Shown piece by piece: positions 49,901 to 64,000 of a stretch of DNA of 64,000 nucleotides; positions within the stretch are counted from its first letter, which is position 1; each line of letters starts with the position of its first letter. Source of the stretch: Guillardia theta CCMP2712. Taxonomy: Eukaryota; Protista; Cryptophyta. A program made the position numbers and the translations under genes. The notes beneath the pieces were generated by a model. That model did not search any database. It was given only the letters and a program-made list of their open reading frames with translations, and was not told the DNA's origin. The stretch spans positions 136,790 to 200,789 of the forward strand of contig NW_005434610.1 of NCBI RefSeq assembly GCF_000315625.1, in the 5' to 3' direction.

Positions 49901-51162
49901 CCGTTAGCGCCTGATGGAATCATCCTCGTCGAAGAGCAGCAGGCTTTGCTATTCGAATTCTTCGAGCATGACAATCCTTCGGATTACGTCAAGGACTTAA
50001 CGATCAAAGAGATCAGCCATTACATGAAGAATCTGTTTGTAGCCCTACGATCCGTCCATTCCCTCGGGATCATACATCGAGATGTGAAGCTCAACAACTT
50101 TCTCTACGACAGGAAGAACAAGAAGTACTTGCTGGTAGACTTCGGGCTGGCAGAGAAGAAAATCCCCAAGGGCACTATGGGTGCTTCAAGGCCAAAAGAA
50201 CAGGTTCAGCCCTCTGGCCGCAGGGCGACGTCAGAAACGGCGAGTAAGAGCGGCCATCCGACGAAGAGCAACGGCTACATCCTGAGCTCTGACGTCTCGA
50301 CCGCGAGCTCTCGCACCTCTCGGCCTCAGAAGGAGAAGGAGAGGATAGAGATGGCGCAGCAGATGGCCAAGAGGCGCATGATGAGCGGCAGGAAGACCAA
50401 GGACGCGCAGACGGTGAGCAGCTCCAGAGTCAAGCTCGAACTCCCCGCCAACCGCGGAGGGACTCGAGGGTACAGAGCTCCTGAGGTCGTGATGGGCAGT
50501 CAGCACCAGACGACGGCAGTCGACGTGTGGAGCGCTGGAGTGATTCTGCTGAACCTGCTGTGCCGCAAGACCCACTTCCAGTGGTTTCGGCATGACAATG
50601 ACAACCTGGCGACCATGGAGATCTACGGGTAAGCGCTGCCTTGACAGTCTGTTGTTGGGTAGCCTGACTGTGTTGTAGTCTTCGGCTGTATATTAAGACC
50701 ATGGACGCTGTGTGGAGGCAGAATTATGGGTATACGGGTCAGTACAGGGACAAGATGAGGGACGTGATCAAAGATTTCAACCTCGACGTTGAGGTGATCC
50801 CGCTGTAGTTGTTGATGCTTGTTGAGTTGTTGATGTGCCTGATGATGATAGAGATGACGACGAGATTGCAATAGTTAGTGGAGGAGGAGGAGGAGGAGGA
50901 GGAGGAGGAGGAGGTAGCTAACATCGTCTTCTAGTTCGGAGAGTTCGAACAGTATTTTAACTACGCTCGCGGCTTGAAGCAGACTTGGCGAACCTTATGC
51001 AGTGCCTTGAGCACAGAAGAAGGATGCAAGGACTGGCTGGAGGTGGAGGAGAAGCATCCCATGTGGGACTTTCTCAACCGCTGCCTCGACATCGACCCCC
51101 GTACGAGGATCACAGCACAAGACGCGCTGAAGCATCCCTTCCTTACTGGTGCTATGAAGTAA
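46970..51162 (+). CDS. CDC7: CDC7-like Ser/Thr kinase with ~900-aa N-terminal extension
   Basis: GSGTFGEVY, VAIKRL, FFEHD, HRDVKLNNFLY, LVDFGLAE, a kinase insert, ANRGGTRGYRAPEV, QTTAVDVWSAG and RITAQDALKHPF. Confidence 0.8.
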
Positions 51163-51651
51163 ACCATGAAGTATGTCTGTAGCTTCTCCTCCTGCTCCTC
51201 TGCCATCCCAATTCCTCCTCCCTATTCTCACTCTGCTCTTCACGCTAAAACTCCTGTGACTATACAACTATTTCTTCTACCCGCTTACCCACCTCCTCTA
51301 ACCCTTCCCTCCTGGTCCTCTTTCCTTGTCCTCCCTCCTTTTCCTCTCTCCTCCTCTCTTCTCCTCCTCCTCCTCACTACTCTCCTACACCATTCCTTTC
51401 AGCAGCATGGCGGCATTCAAACGCTCATCGACGCCACCGATTTTCAACAGCCGATCACACAGCAACGAGATGCGTCAGGCCAGCCCCTCCAATCCTGTTC
51501 CTCCCGATTCCCTGCCCGATTCCTGGCCCCCATTTGCCTCAGCATTTGCGTCCCTCCTCCTCCTCCCTCCACCGCTTAGGCTATGTCCTTCGACTGCACC
51601 TCATCAGATTAAGGTGCTCACGCCACACTGCCAAGTTGAGATCGTCTGCAT

Positions 51652-52443
51652 NNNNNNNNNNNNNNNNNNNNNNNNNNNNNNNNNNNNNNNNNNNNNNNNN
51701 NNNNNNNNNNNNNNNNNNNNNNNNNNNNNNNNNNNNNNNNNNNNNNNNNNNNNNNNNNNNNNNNNNNNNNNNNNNNNNNNNNNNNNNNNNNNNNNNNNNN
51801 NNNNNNNNNNNNNNNNNNNNNNNNNNNNNNNNNNNNNNNNNNNNNNNNNNNNNNNNNNNNNNNNNNNNNNNNNNNNNNNNNNNNNNNNNNNNNNNNNNNN
51901 NNNNNNNNNNNNNNNNNNNNNNNNNNNNNNNNNNNNNNNNNNNNNNNNNNNNNNNNNNNNNNNNNNNNNNNNNNNNNNNNNNNNNNNNNNNNNNNNNNNN
52001 NNNNNNNNNNNNNNNNNNNNNNNNNNNNNNNNNNNNNNNNNNNNNNNNNNNNNNNNNNNNNNNNNNNNNNNNNNNNNNNNNNNNNNNNNNNNNNNNNNNN
52101 NNNNNNNNNNNNNNNNNNNNNNNNNNNNNNNNNNNNNNNNNNNNNNNNNNNNNNNNNNNNNNNNNNNNNNNNNNNNNNNNNNNNNNNNNNNNNNNNNNNN
52201 NNNNNNNNNNNNNNNNNNNNNNNNNNNNNNNNNNNNNNNNNNNNNNNNNNNNNNNNNNNNNNNNNNNNNNNNNNNNNNNNNNNNNNNNNNNNNNNNNNNN
52301 NNNNNNNNNNNNNNNNNNNNNNNNNNNNNNNNNNNNNNNNNNNNNNNNNNNNNNNNNNNNNNNNNNNNNNNNNNNNNNNNNNNNNNNNNNNNNNNNNNNN
52401 NNNNNNNNNNNNNNNNNNNNNNNNNNNNNNNNNNNNNNNNNNN
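51652..52443. other. Assembly gap (N run)
   Basis: Run of N. Confidence 1.
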
Positions 52444-52539
52444 CCTCACTCAGTCTCGTTATCATTCACGGATCCCCTCCTCCTCTCTCTCTCCCTCCTC
52501 TCCCTCTTCTGTCTGTTACCTTCCCTCCTTCTTCACTCC

Positions 52540-55444
<2,905 letters not shown>

Positions 55445-55459
55445 CGACGAGCAGGGGGA

Positions 55460-55564
55460 TCATCCCTCCATGGAGTTGTCTTGAGCAGAGATGACACAAG
55501 CAGAAATGTTGATGAGATGCCTGCAGACCATCATCACCACCATCATCACTATCACCATCATCAT

Positions 55565-55596
<32 letters not shown>

Positions 55597-56539
55597 AACC
55601 CCCGCCCCCTCATCGACTACTCACCTCGCTGTCATCCCCTCGTTGTTGTACGAGTCCAGGCATCCTCCATGTTGCATCAGAAATTCAAGTACCTGACACA
55701 AAAATGAACGCCCCCTTCCTCCCTCTCCTCCCATCCTCCTCCCNNNNNNNNNNNNNNNNNNNNNNNNNNNNNNNNNNNNNNNNNNNNNNNNNNNNNNNNN
55801 NNNNNNNNNNNNNNNNNNNNNNNNNNNNNNNNNNNNNNNNNNNTCTCCCTCCCTCCCTTCCCCTCCAATCCCTCCTGCCCTCACTCCGTCTCTCCCCTCC
55901 TCCATCCCGTTCACTCACCGTTGCGGAGGCCAGGTGCAGTGGAGTATGCAGTAGGGCATCGCGCGCGTTCACATCGGCCCCGCTGCTCACCGCTCTCTCC
56001 ACCTCACTCAGATTCTCCGCTATCACCGCAGCCACCAGTTGCTTGTTCACATGCTTCTTCCCCTTCTCTCCTCCTCCTCCTCCTCCTCCTCCTGAGCCTC
56101 CCTGCTGCAGGCACCCTCTAACATGGAGCTGCTCGCACGAGCTCCTTGACAGGTGCACCGCTGCCCTCTGCTGCCATACTGCTACAGGAGCAGGCACACA
56201 CACAGTCTCTTCCTCCTCCTCCGCGGGCTTCGCCGGTGTGACTCGCCTCTTCCCTGTAGAATCGTCTCAGAGCCACATCGCTTTCTCGGAGGAGGAAGGG
56301 GATAGCAGGGGGATAGGATAAGGGCCAAGAAGAGGGCGGAGTGCAGAACGACAGGTGAGCGGCGAGGGGAAGGGGAAGGGAGAAGGGGACAAGGAGGGGG
56401 GGGAGAAAGGGAAGAGGAGGGAGGAAGAGTGTTGAAAACTCTACCTACTCTCCCGTTAGCAGGACGATGAGCTGCTCTGTCTCGCGTGTCATTCTCAATT
56501 TTCTTTTCACCTGGCATCTCTTTCAGCAAAGAAAATCAC

Positions 56540-56570
<31 letters not shown>

Positions 56571-57895
56571 TTTGCTCCTCTCCTATGCTCACCATTTTCA
56601 CCCTCTCCTCGCAGATTGCTGCGCAGCGATCGACCAGCATTTGCCTCCTTCATCAAGGCATCCTTCTCAAACACCAGCGCGCTATCGCTCTTCCTCTCCT
56701 TCCTCTTCTCCTTCAGCTCGTGCTGCTGCTGCGGCTCCTCCTCCTTCTCCTGCTTCTCCTCCTGCTTCTCCTCCTGCTTCTCCTCCTGCTTCTCCTCCTT
56801 CACATTCCGCAGGTTCTTCAAGTGGCCCCTCTTGAAGCAGAACAGCAGGCCCTTGCTCCGATGGAAACATGTCGAGCAGCACTTTGGGGGGTTTCCCTCC
56901 TGCGTGAGGAACAGATGCCCCTCCTCAAGGCAGTGCTCCAGCTTCAAACTCAACGCGCTGCACTTCTTGCACATGCTCAGGGAGACCTTGCCGCCCTTGG
57001 AGGCTGCAGGTGTGTCCTCTGCTCCTCCTGCTGCTGGGGCTGCTGCTGGGGCTGCTTCTGCTGGTGTAACAGCTGCCGCCGTCGCCGCTTCCGTTGCTGC
57101 TGCTGCTGTTGCTGCTGCTGTTGCTGTTGCTGCTGCTGCTGCCGCCGCCGCCGCCGCCTGCTGGCGTTCCTCTTTGACTGCCTGGTGCCGCTCCTCCTTG
57201 GCAGCCTCAGCATCCGCAGCCTTAGCTCGCTTGTTGCTGGGGGGATCACGAGGGAGCGGAGAGGGCATGCTCCCAAGGCTCTTGCTCCGCTTCCCAGTCG
57301 CTGACTTGGGAGCAGGAGAGTCTTTGGCGGAAGCCTGCTGGGCGTTGGCCTCTTCTTCCCTCTCCCTGCTGAGAAAGTGTGAGAGGAGGAGGCGGAGGAG
57401 AAGGAGGCGGAGGAGGAGGAAGAGGAGGAGGGAGAAGGGGAAAGGAAAGAGGAAACGGCTGAGGCGGAGGATTAGGATACCTTGTGCTTGCATTCTCGAC
57501 CTCAACCTGGCAGGAAGGGTCACCCAACAGCACAAGGGGCGAACGAATTGGCGCAGACCTTCTCGGGATTGTAAAACTCAGTCTGCTTCCTCTCCCTGCC
57601 AATAGTGTATCACAACATATCCATGTTGCCTTGTAATGACTGCACCTCCTCTGCCGCTCGAAGGGGATCACCAGCTCCTGATCATAGATCCCTTGACCTT
57701 GGCCCTTCCCCTTGACCTCGGCAGTAGCTCCACCGTCTCCTTGGTCGTTCGGCTGGAGGGAGGAATAGGACGAGGACGAGGACGACGAGAAAGAGGAGGA
57801 GGAGGAGGAAGGAGAAGATGGAGGAGAAGGTGAATTTCGGCATCACAGCTCAAGCACAGTACCTTCTTCTGCTTCTTTCCGGCAGGCGGGGCCAT
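55460..57895 (-). CDS. Ankyrin-repeat protein with Cys/His motifs and Ala/Glu-rich linkers; start uncertain, spans a gap
   Basis: GADVNARDALLHTPLHLA and LEFLMQHGG..NNEGMTA; CKKC..C..GH and CSTC..C..GH motifs. Confidence 0.6.
55744..55843. other. Assembly gap (100 N)
   Basis: Run of N. Confidence 1.
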
Positions 57896-59078
57896 CGTGC
57901 GCACCAAGTCCCCCTCGACTCTCCCCCTGCAGTCAAAGTAGACGGGTCAGCTGATAAGGTCCCCTGCTGCCCGGAGGATCGACCATGACGATTCCTCTGT
58001 TGTCCTTGTCACGTTACTCTTGCCTGGATCCTGTTGCTGTCTCCTCTTCCTCACATCTTCATGCTCCCTGCTTTCTTGTTCCCAACTACCTTGTTCCTTC
58101 CTCCTGCCATGTTGTCTCCCTAGCCTTTGCTTTTAGCTTCTCTCCTCTTCCGCCGGCTGCACCGTCATTCGTCCTACTTGCTTTGCTTCCTTTCCCCCCT
58201 TCACAATCACTTTCCTTTCACTGCTCTTGCATTCCTCTCATCGCTCTCTGTCCATTCGGCAAGCCTCCTCTGTCCTGCCCTTCTCGCCAGCTCCTCTAAT
58301 CGCCACTCCTCTCCTGTTGTCTGCCCTCTGCTCTGCTCTGCTCGTCACATCACAGGCGCTCTTCTGTCTCCAGTACGACTTCCTCTCATCTCATCTTCGA
58401 CTTGTCTCCTCCCTCCTCTCTCCTCTCCTCCCTGCCCTCCCTCCCGTCATCACCAACACCATGTTTGCATGTTTCGGCTTTCTTCCGCCAATCCGGGGGT
58501 AGGGGTCCTTTCTTACAAAAATCGAATACAGATGGAGGGGTACTTTTACTCATGAAAGTGGGTGGGGTATGCTAATGGTCATATTGAAGGGGTGGGCGGG
58601 CATTTGGAAGTTGGATAGGAAAATGCAGATCATAACATGGCGAGGAGGGAGAAGCGAAAGATTAGGAGGAAGACTAAGCAGAGGAAGAGGAAGAAAGAAA
58701 GGATGGGAGGAGGAGGAGGAGGAGGAGGAGGAGGAAATGAAGTGGGATGAGTATGGGTGGGAACAGCGGAGGATGAAGGAGGGCGAGTACAGAAGAGGGA
58801 AGGGGGGAGCGGTAGGTTGTAGTCAGGTCAAGAACTGATAGGATAGCACAGAAGCAAGATCATCATGGTTCGGACCTTGGAGGGAAGCAAAGACAAGATG
58901 CAGGACAACTTGCTTTGAAGCTTGGTAGATAGAGGAGACGTAACGGGAGAGTATACGATTCAGTGCAACGACAGCGTAGAGGTCGGAGTTAGTGCGTTGC
59001 CAGGGGCTCGCATGTATCAATGTGCATCCAACTTAGCGTCTCGGCAGCAGAGTCGCATGCTCTCGAGGGACATCCCAC

Positions 59079-60974
59079 ATGGTTGGAGCTGAACGTGTGA
59101 TGTGCAGTGCATGTTTCCAGGAGCATGAGGGTATGGAGCCGTCAAACAGAGCTCCCAGCACCACAGGCAAGTCCATCGAGGACTACTACGAGATAGGAAG
59201 CAGGTTGACCCAGGAGTCAGTGGGTGCGAATGCAGAGGTCCTGAGGGCGGTGAGGAGGTCGGACGGCAAACATTTCGCTGTCAAAGTCCTGCGTGTCGGG
59301 CACACCAGGGAGGACAGGTCGCAGATCCGAGCGCTGCAGTCGGTGAACCATGTCGGGATCATCAAGCTGGAAGACTGGTTCGAGACCTCGACGTCTCTCT
59401 ACCTGGTCATGGAGCTCGCTCTCGGCGGCGAGCTCTTCACGAGGATCCAGCACAGGGGGAGGCTCAGTGAGCGGGAGGCTGCGGCAGTGGTCAAGCAGAT
59501 GCTCGAGGCGATAGGCCACATGCACTCGAGGGGGTTGGTACACTGCGACTTGAAGCCCGAGAACATCCTCTATGCCGACATGTCGGAGAACAGCCCCCTC
59601 AAGATCGCCGACTTCGGCTTCGCCCAGTTCTTGCCGGGGAGGCTGGAGAAGCTGAAGCAGACCCTGGGCGGGACTCCGAGCTACACGGCTCCTGAGATTC
59701 TGGTGGGCCAGCCGTATGACGGGAAAGTGGACATGTGGAGCCTGGGGGTCATCCTGTACATCCTCCTCAGCGGGATCAAACCTTTTAAGGTCTCCGGGCG
59801 CACTCCCGAGGAGCTCCGGGCCGCCGTGAGCACCGTGCTGAGAGGGGAGTACACGTTTGTGGAGCCTCACTTCACCAATGTATCAGCTGAGGCCAAGGAT
59901 CTCATCGCAAGGCTGCTGGTCGTGGACCCGAAGCAGAGGCTGAGCTGGGATCAGGCGCTGGCCCACCAGTGGATCACCGGGCTGGCTCAAGACACGCCTC
60001 TCGGGGCCCAGTACATCGAGGAGTTGTCGCGATTCAACCAGGGAAGAGGCCTGTCCTCGCACGCGCTCGCCGGGATGGTTTCCAGGATCTCTCAGCCTGA
60101 CGCCATCGCTGCGATGAGCAGCGCAGACCCGGCGAGCCTGGCGTGCATCTTGCAGGAGGGAAGCATACAGCCGCTGATCTCGCTGTCCTACTCAAAGTCT
60201 GCCGACGACTGCAAGAACGCCTGCAACGCCATGGCGAACCTTGCTCTCAAGGAGGAGTTCCAGTTTAAGATCGTGTCGGAGGGAGGGATCCGCCGTCTCA
60301 ATGAGATGGCGTTCGAGGCCGCCACCAACGAGATCAAGTTCTTCGTCGCCCTCGCCATGGCGCGCATCGCCAAGAATGCCCAGCTCCGGCTGGATATGGT
60401 GCTGGCCGAGGAGGGCTCGCTCTACAAGACGCATGAGGCTCTGATCCGCCTCGCTCTGCCCCCACCTCAGAACTCAGAGAGGGTACAGACGCAGGCAGCA
60501 GAAGCTCTGGGGCTGCTGCTCTTAGAGGAAAACCTTCACTGCACTCTCGTGCACGCCGGGGTCCTCCCTGTGATCATGCGGCAGGCCAATCCTTCCCAAC
60601 AGTCCGACTTCCGTCGCACAGCCCTGCACGCCTTGAGAGGGCTTTCTATCGCGTCGTTGAGGAACCAAGCGTCAGGTTGCGTCCAGATTTCCCAGCTGGA
60701 GAGCGAAGTCCGCAAGTTGGCCGAGATGGCACAGGCAGACGCTGCTCTGCGCTTAGGACTCGCATGCTTCGGCCTCATGTTGAAGAAGGAGAAGATCGAC
60801 GCCACTTGGTCGCTTGCTAGCCCCACCTACTCCACGATGATCGAGAGAATCACTTTCAGTGATGACTCGAAGGTTCGCGCCGGGCTGAAACTTCCCAAAC
60901 TGGATCCCATAGATCCGCTAGAGGTCCATGAGCACCATGTTCAACCTCATTCCCACCATTCGTCGTCTCGGTAA
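59079..60974 (+). CDS. Intronless CAMK-group kinase fused to Armadillo-like repeats
   Basis: FAVK, LYLVMELALGGELF, HCDLKPEN, IADFGFA, YTAPE, DMWSLG and VSAEAKDLI. C-terminal ARM-like units EGSIQPLISL..ACNAMANLA and EGGIRRL..ALAMARIA. Confidence 0.85.
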   Translation: MVGAERVMCSACFQEHEGMEPSNRAPSTTGKSIEDYYEIGSRLTQESVGANAEVLRAVRRSDGKHFAVKVLRVGHTREDRSQIRALQSVNHVGIIKLEDWFETSTSLYLVMELALGGELFTRIQHRGRLSEREAAAVVKQMLEAIGHMHSRGLVHCDLKPENILYADMSENSPLKIADFGFAQFLPGRLEKLKQTLGGTPSYTAPEILVGQPYDGKVDMWSLGVILYILLSGIKPFKVSGRTPEELRAAVSTVLRGEYTFVEPHFTNVSAEAKDLIARLLVVDPKQRLSWDQALAHQWITGLAQDTPLGAQYIEELSRFNQGRGLSSHALAGMVSRISQPDAIAAMSSADPASLACILQEGSIQPLISLSYSKSADDCKNACNAMANLALKEEFQFKIVSEGGIRRLNEMAFEAATNEIKFFVALAMARIAKNAQLRLDMVLAEEGSLYKTHEALIRLALPPPQNSERVQTQAAEALGLLLLEENLHCTLVHAGVLPVIMRQANPSQQSDFRRTALHALRGLSIASLRNQASGCVQISQLESEVRKLAEMAQADAALRLGLACFGLMLKKEKIDATWSLASPTYSTMIERITFSDDSKVRAGLKLPKLDPIDPLEVHEHHVQPHSHHSSSR

Positions 60975-60989
60975 TCGCATGACTCGCCC

Positions 60990-62627
60990 TGGCATGCCCG
61001 CTGACGTGTTTCTGCCTGCAGGAAGGAGTCGGAGGTAAAGCTCTCCGTGCTAGCTCGCTGCCAATCTGCCGCCTTGACTTTGAGCTCTTTAGAGGAGAGA
61101 AGAGGAGGAGTTTGCATCGCTAGGAGGAGCTGAGAACGGGGGGTTGGAAGAGGAGATTCAGTCATGCATACAGCACCTCCTGGAGGCGCAGAAACTGCTG
61201 CACCTGGTGACTGGGAGGTCAGTTTCCTTTGTGGTTCCTCCTTGCCTCCGGGTGAGAATGGCTCCAGGTCTCCTCCGAGGACTTGGCTGGAGGACTGCGA
61301 CTCCTTGGAGGTCTGGGGGGAGGGAGGCGTCGAGGGACAGTAAGCCCTTATCTCCTAGGCTCACTCGGATCCCTTCAACCCTCCGCTCCGCGAACCTCCG
61401 CAAGGTCAGTCAGTGGTGTCCGAAGGCAGAGAGTTGGTAGATGACGAGATCGCAGACGAGATTCAGCTGAGCGAGCCCTACTACCAGGCGGTGAGGAAGC
61501 AGCGCAAGAGCTCAGTGCGGCTCTGACGGATGGCAGGATGTGCTGGAGGTAGAGGAGGGAGAGGAGAACTATCTGGTGCAGCCATCGGAGGAGGATCGAG
61601 CTCTGCTGGACTCGGTGAACAAAGGGGAGAGGAGAAAGAGGCGTCTGAGCTCTCTGTAGATGCTGAAGCAGCTGGCGCTGGATAGAGGGATCATTGCCGA
61701 CGTACTCTCGAGGGCAAAGGGGTGATACCCCCGTCCCTTGACCTTCCAGCTGGGATGTTGATAGTTCTTTCAGAGCTCGGGGAGCAGACAAGGCTCAGAA
61801 GCTGATCCATGCGATCGGAGACACCATCCAACTGATAGCAGGTGATGGTTGATGCTGCCTTACAAGTGCCATATCTGACGCCAGGCGGCTTTCAGACACT
61901 CTTGGAATTCACTACTAAGAAATTCATTTTTCCTTTTCTTTGTACATAAAGTTCAAAGCAGTTCACATCGATGAACTTGAATCCTCGGCCATTGGATTGC
62001 GAGCGTCACAGGAGCTCAACCTCCGTTCATGTCTGCTTCTAGCAAGACTCTCGGGAGGCAATTTTATCTACCGTAGAGGACTTGGCGTTCACCTACATCA
62101 TATCTGATGAGACTTCTTTCAACAAAACACAACGTTTTCACCGATGTATAGATATAAGTGTCTGAAGTCTGAATCCTGCCCTCGTCTTCGTACTTGTTCA
62201 GATCTTCCCCGAATGAATTCCGCGTTTCTACCACGTTGGCGAGCCAGTTTGCAACTGTACAAGGTTGTCACAATCTCGTTCAATCATCCCAGTAAATTCT
62301 TTTGAGCAAAAACGTGTTTTCTTTGTCTAACATTCAATGCTGCAAGAATACAACACTTGAATTCTTTAGATTTTTGACTGTCCACCTACCTACCTGCCTC
62401 TCTGCATCCTACCCTGTCCCCTCCCTGACCCTCTGTCTCACTCACCCCCTGTCTCTCCTCTCCTCCGAGGACCTCCTTCGCTCCCTCTCATCGATGTATC
62501 CTGTTTCCAGCCTCTCTCCTCTCTCCCTTCTCCTCCTCTTCCTCTCCCCTCCCCTCCTTGTCTTACCCAAAGGAGCTGCAACAGCTCCCACCACGGCGAT
62601 CGCCGGCACAATCAGCGGGATGGGCAT
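60990..62627 (-). CDS. Hypothetical multi-exon protein; 3' end approximate
   Basis: Exon 1 MPIPLIVPAIAVVGAVAAPL with GTAAG donor splices in phase to VANWLANVVETRNSFGEDLNKYEDEG. Downstream exons are unresolved. Confidence 0.4.
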
Positions 62628-62924
62628 CTCCGCCGCCTCCTCGACTCAGATTGACCTTTTTCTTTCATCATAATTACTCAATAAATTTTATTGAATGTTT
62701 TCATAAAAACTTTGTAAGATAGAAATAAGTCAATATTTTATGTACCAGCCTCGTAATAAACAGAGAGAGCCAATGAAGTTGAATTTAAGTTGAGTAATAA
62801 ATTGCTCTTGTTTGACTTTTTTTTCGACAACCGGCGTCTCCTTCACATGCTAGGGGGGAAGGGAGGGAGGGGAGAGGAGGAGAGGAGGGAGGAAGAAAGT
62901 GGAGAGAGAAGAAGGGAGGGTGGA

Positions 62925-63050
62925 AGAGAGAGCAGGAGAGAGCAGGAGAGAGCAGGAGAGAGCAGGAGAGAGCAGGAGAGAGCAGGAGAGAGCAGGAGAG
63001 AGCAGGAGAGAGCAGGAGAGAGCAGGAGAGAGCAGGAGAGAGCAGGAGAC
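62925..63050. repeat. 10-bp tandem repeat (GAGAGCAGGA)n
   Basis: Perfect tandem array. Confidence 0.95.
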
Positions 63051-63295
63051 AACAGGGACAACAGGAGACAACAGGAGAGTGAGACGAAAGTAGAGTGAGT
63101 TCAAAACAATCCCATCCCAGGATTTCATCGAATATAAGTGAATAGGAGGATACGTTAGCAATTGGAGAGTAGAAGTCTGGAGTTGATCGGAGGTTGAAGC
63201 AGAATATTTAAGCCGAATGAAGGAGAACGAAGCAGAAATCTTTCTTTCGTCTTCACTTTGATGATTTGACAGTCAACAGGAACATTCGCTTCAGA

Positions 63296-64000
63296 ATGGC
63301 TGGCATGAGCTTCAGTGCTGCCATGCAGTTTGCCTCATTCTTGGCGTTCTGCCTCTTCCTGTGTTCTGCTCCTGCTGCTGGCTTGTCACAGTTCGACCCG
63401 GCGAGCTGCAACCAGACGAATCCTTGCTGGTGTGTGCGACGTCACAGCTGTTCCCTCCTCACCCGTGTGCACAGCACGTCAGCAGATGTTGTGACAGCTC
63501 TGATAGGATCGGCTTCAAAAAGCTTCTGCAAGATAGAGTGAGATCTTATCAGCTCTCTTCTCGTCCCTTGTCATGCACCCTCACCACATCAACAGGTATC
63601 CAGTCAGGAACGAAGAGAATTGGGACATCGAGCTGGTCAGGAAGAAGAACAGAGCGGCGATTAGCAAGCTAGCCGATCTCGAGGCGCTGGGATGCAGTCA
63701 TGAACCATGCAAAGGTTGGGCTGGCACTCGTGCCAACAAGTCAGGGGCAGATGCTCATGGTGTTGTATAGGGTATGTGTGTGCTGAACAGTTCCCCCGGT
63801 GCTTCTACGTGGATGAAAAGTCACAGGCAGTCGGCTGAGTTGCTTTCGTCCACATGACCCGTTGACGTCAGGGTGAGTTTCGTTTCGAGACTTGTCGAGA
63901 GACGTGCCAGGACTGCTACAGCACGTGCAAGGTCGACACGAGGTTGGAAACGCCGGATCCCGTCCGATCTCGTTTGACATGCCTGTCAGCGCTCAATGTC
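63296..64000 (+). CDS. Secreted hypothetical protein, 5' part
   Basis: Signal peptide MAGMSF..FLAFCLFLCSAPAAG; Cys-containing exon blocks. Confidence 0.45.

Noticed and set aside
56486-57605. + strand Leu/Cys/Ala-rich ORFs
   Set aside because: Antisense translations of (GCA)n and (GAG)n-rich coding sequence of the - strand ankyrin gene.

Overview
Gene-dense, intron-rich eukaryotic nuclear DNA. Short GT/GC-AG introns full of microsatellites and bipartite signal+transit peptides (AF/AAFAP and LRLRGG types) point to a cryptophyte alga (Guillardia/Hanusia-like; inferred, not proven). About 20 genes can be reconstructed by hand-splicing: EML-like WD40 protein, Nup1/Nup153-like FG nucleoporin with a recent ~0.75 kb internal duplication, plastid 2Fe-2S protein, probably organelle-targeted topoisomerase II, chagasin-family inhibitor, plastid bTHX/PSRP4, class 3 lipase, APC amino-acid permease, eIF5B with a periplastid-type presequence, CDC7-like kinase, RluA-type pseudouridine synthase, an ankyrin protein and a CAMK-Armadillo fusion. 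The most notable elements are: (1) an intronless fusion of a catalytically dead EXD1/Egalitarian-like exonuclease domain to a HerA/FtsK-like ATPase; (2) an intact, spliced Crypton-type tyrosine recombinase gene that looks domesticated; (3) a eukaryote-type eIF5B whose presequence ends in the ubiquitin C-terminal hexapeptide LRLRGG; (4) an intronised bacterial-type DUF2779 nuclease gene; (5) a decayed PIF/Harbinger transposon with 29-bp TIRs and a Cys-rich second ORF; (6) non-coding architecture, namely strand-polarised GGGGTA clusters upstream of genes and GC/palindrome-rich spacers carrying a conserved 35-bp motif that accumulates short insertions. There are two assembly gaps (51652-52443, 55744-55843). 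All family assignments come from motif recognition, not database searches, and exon boundaries are manual.
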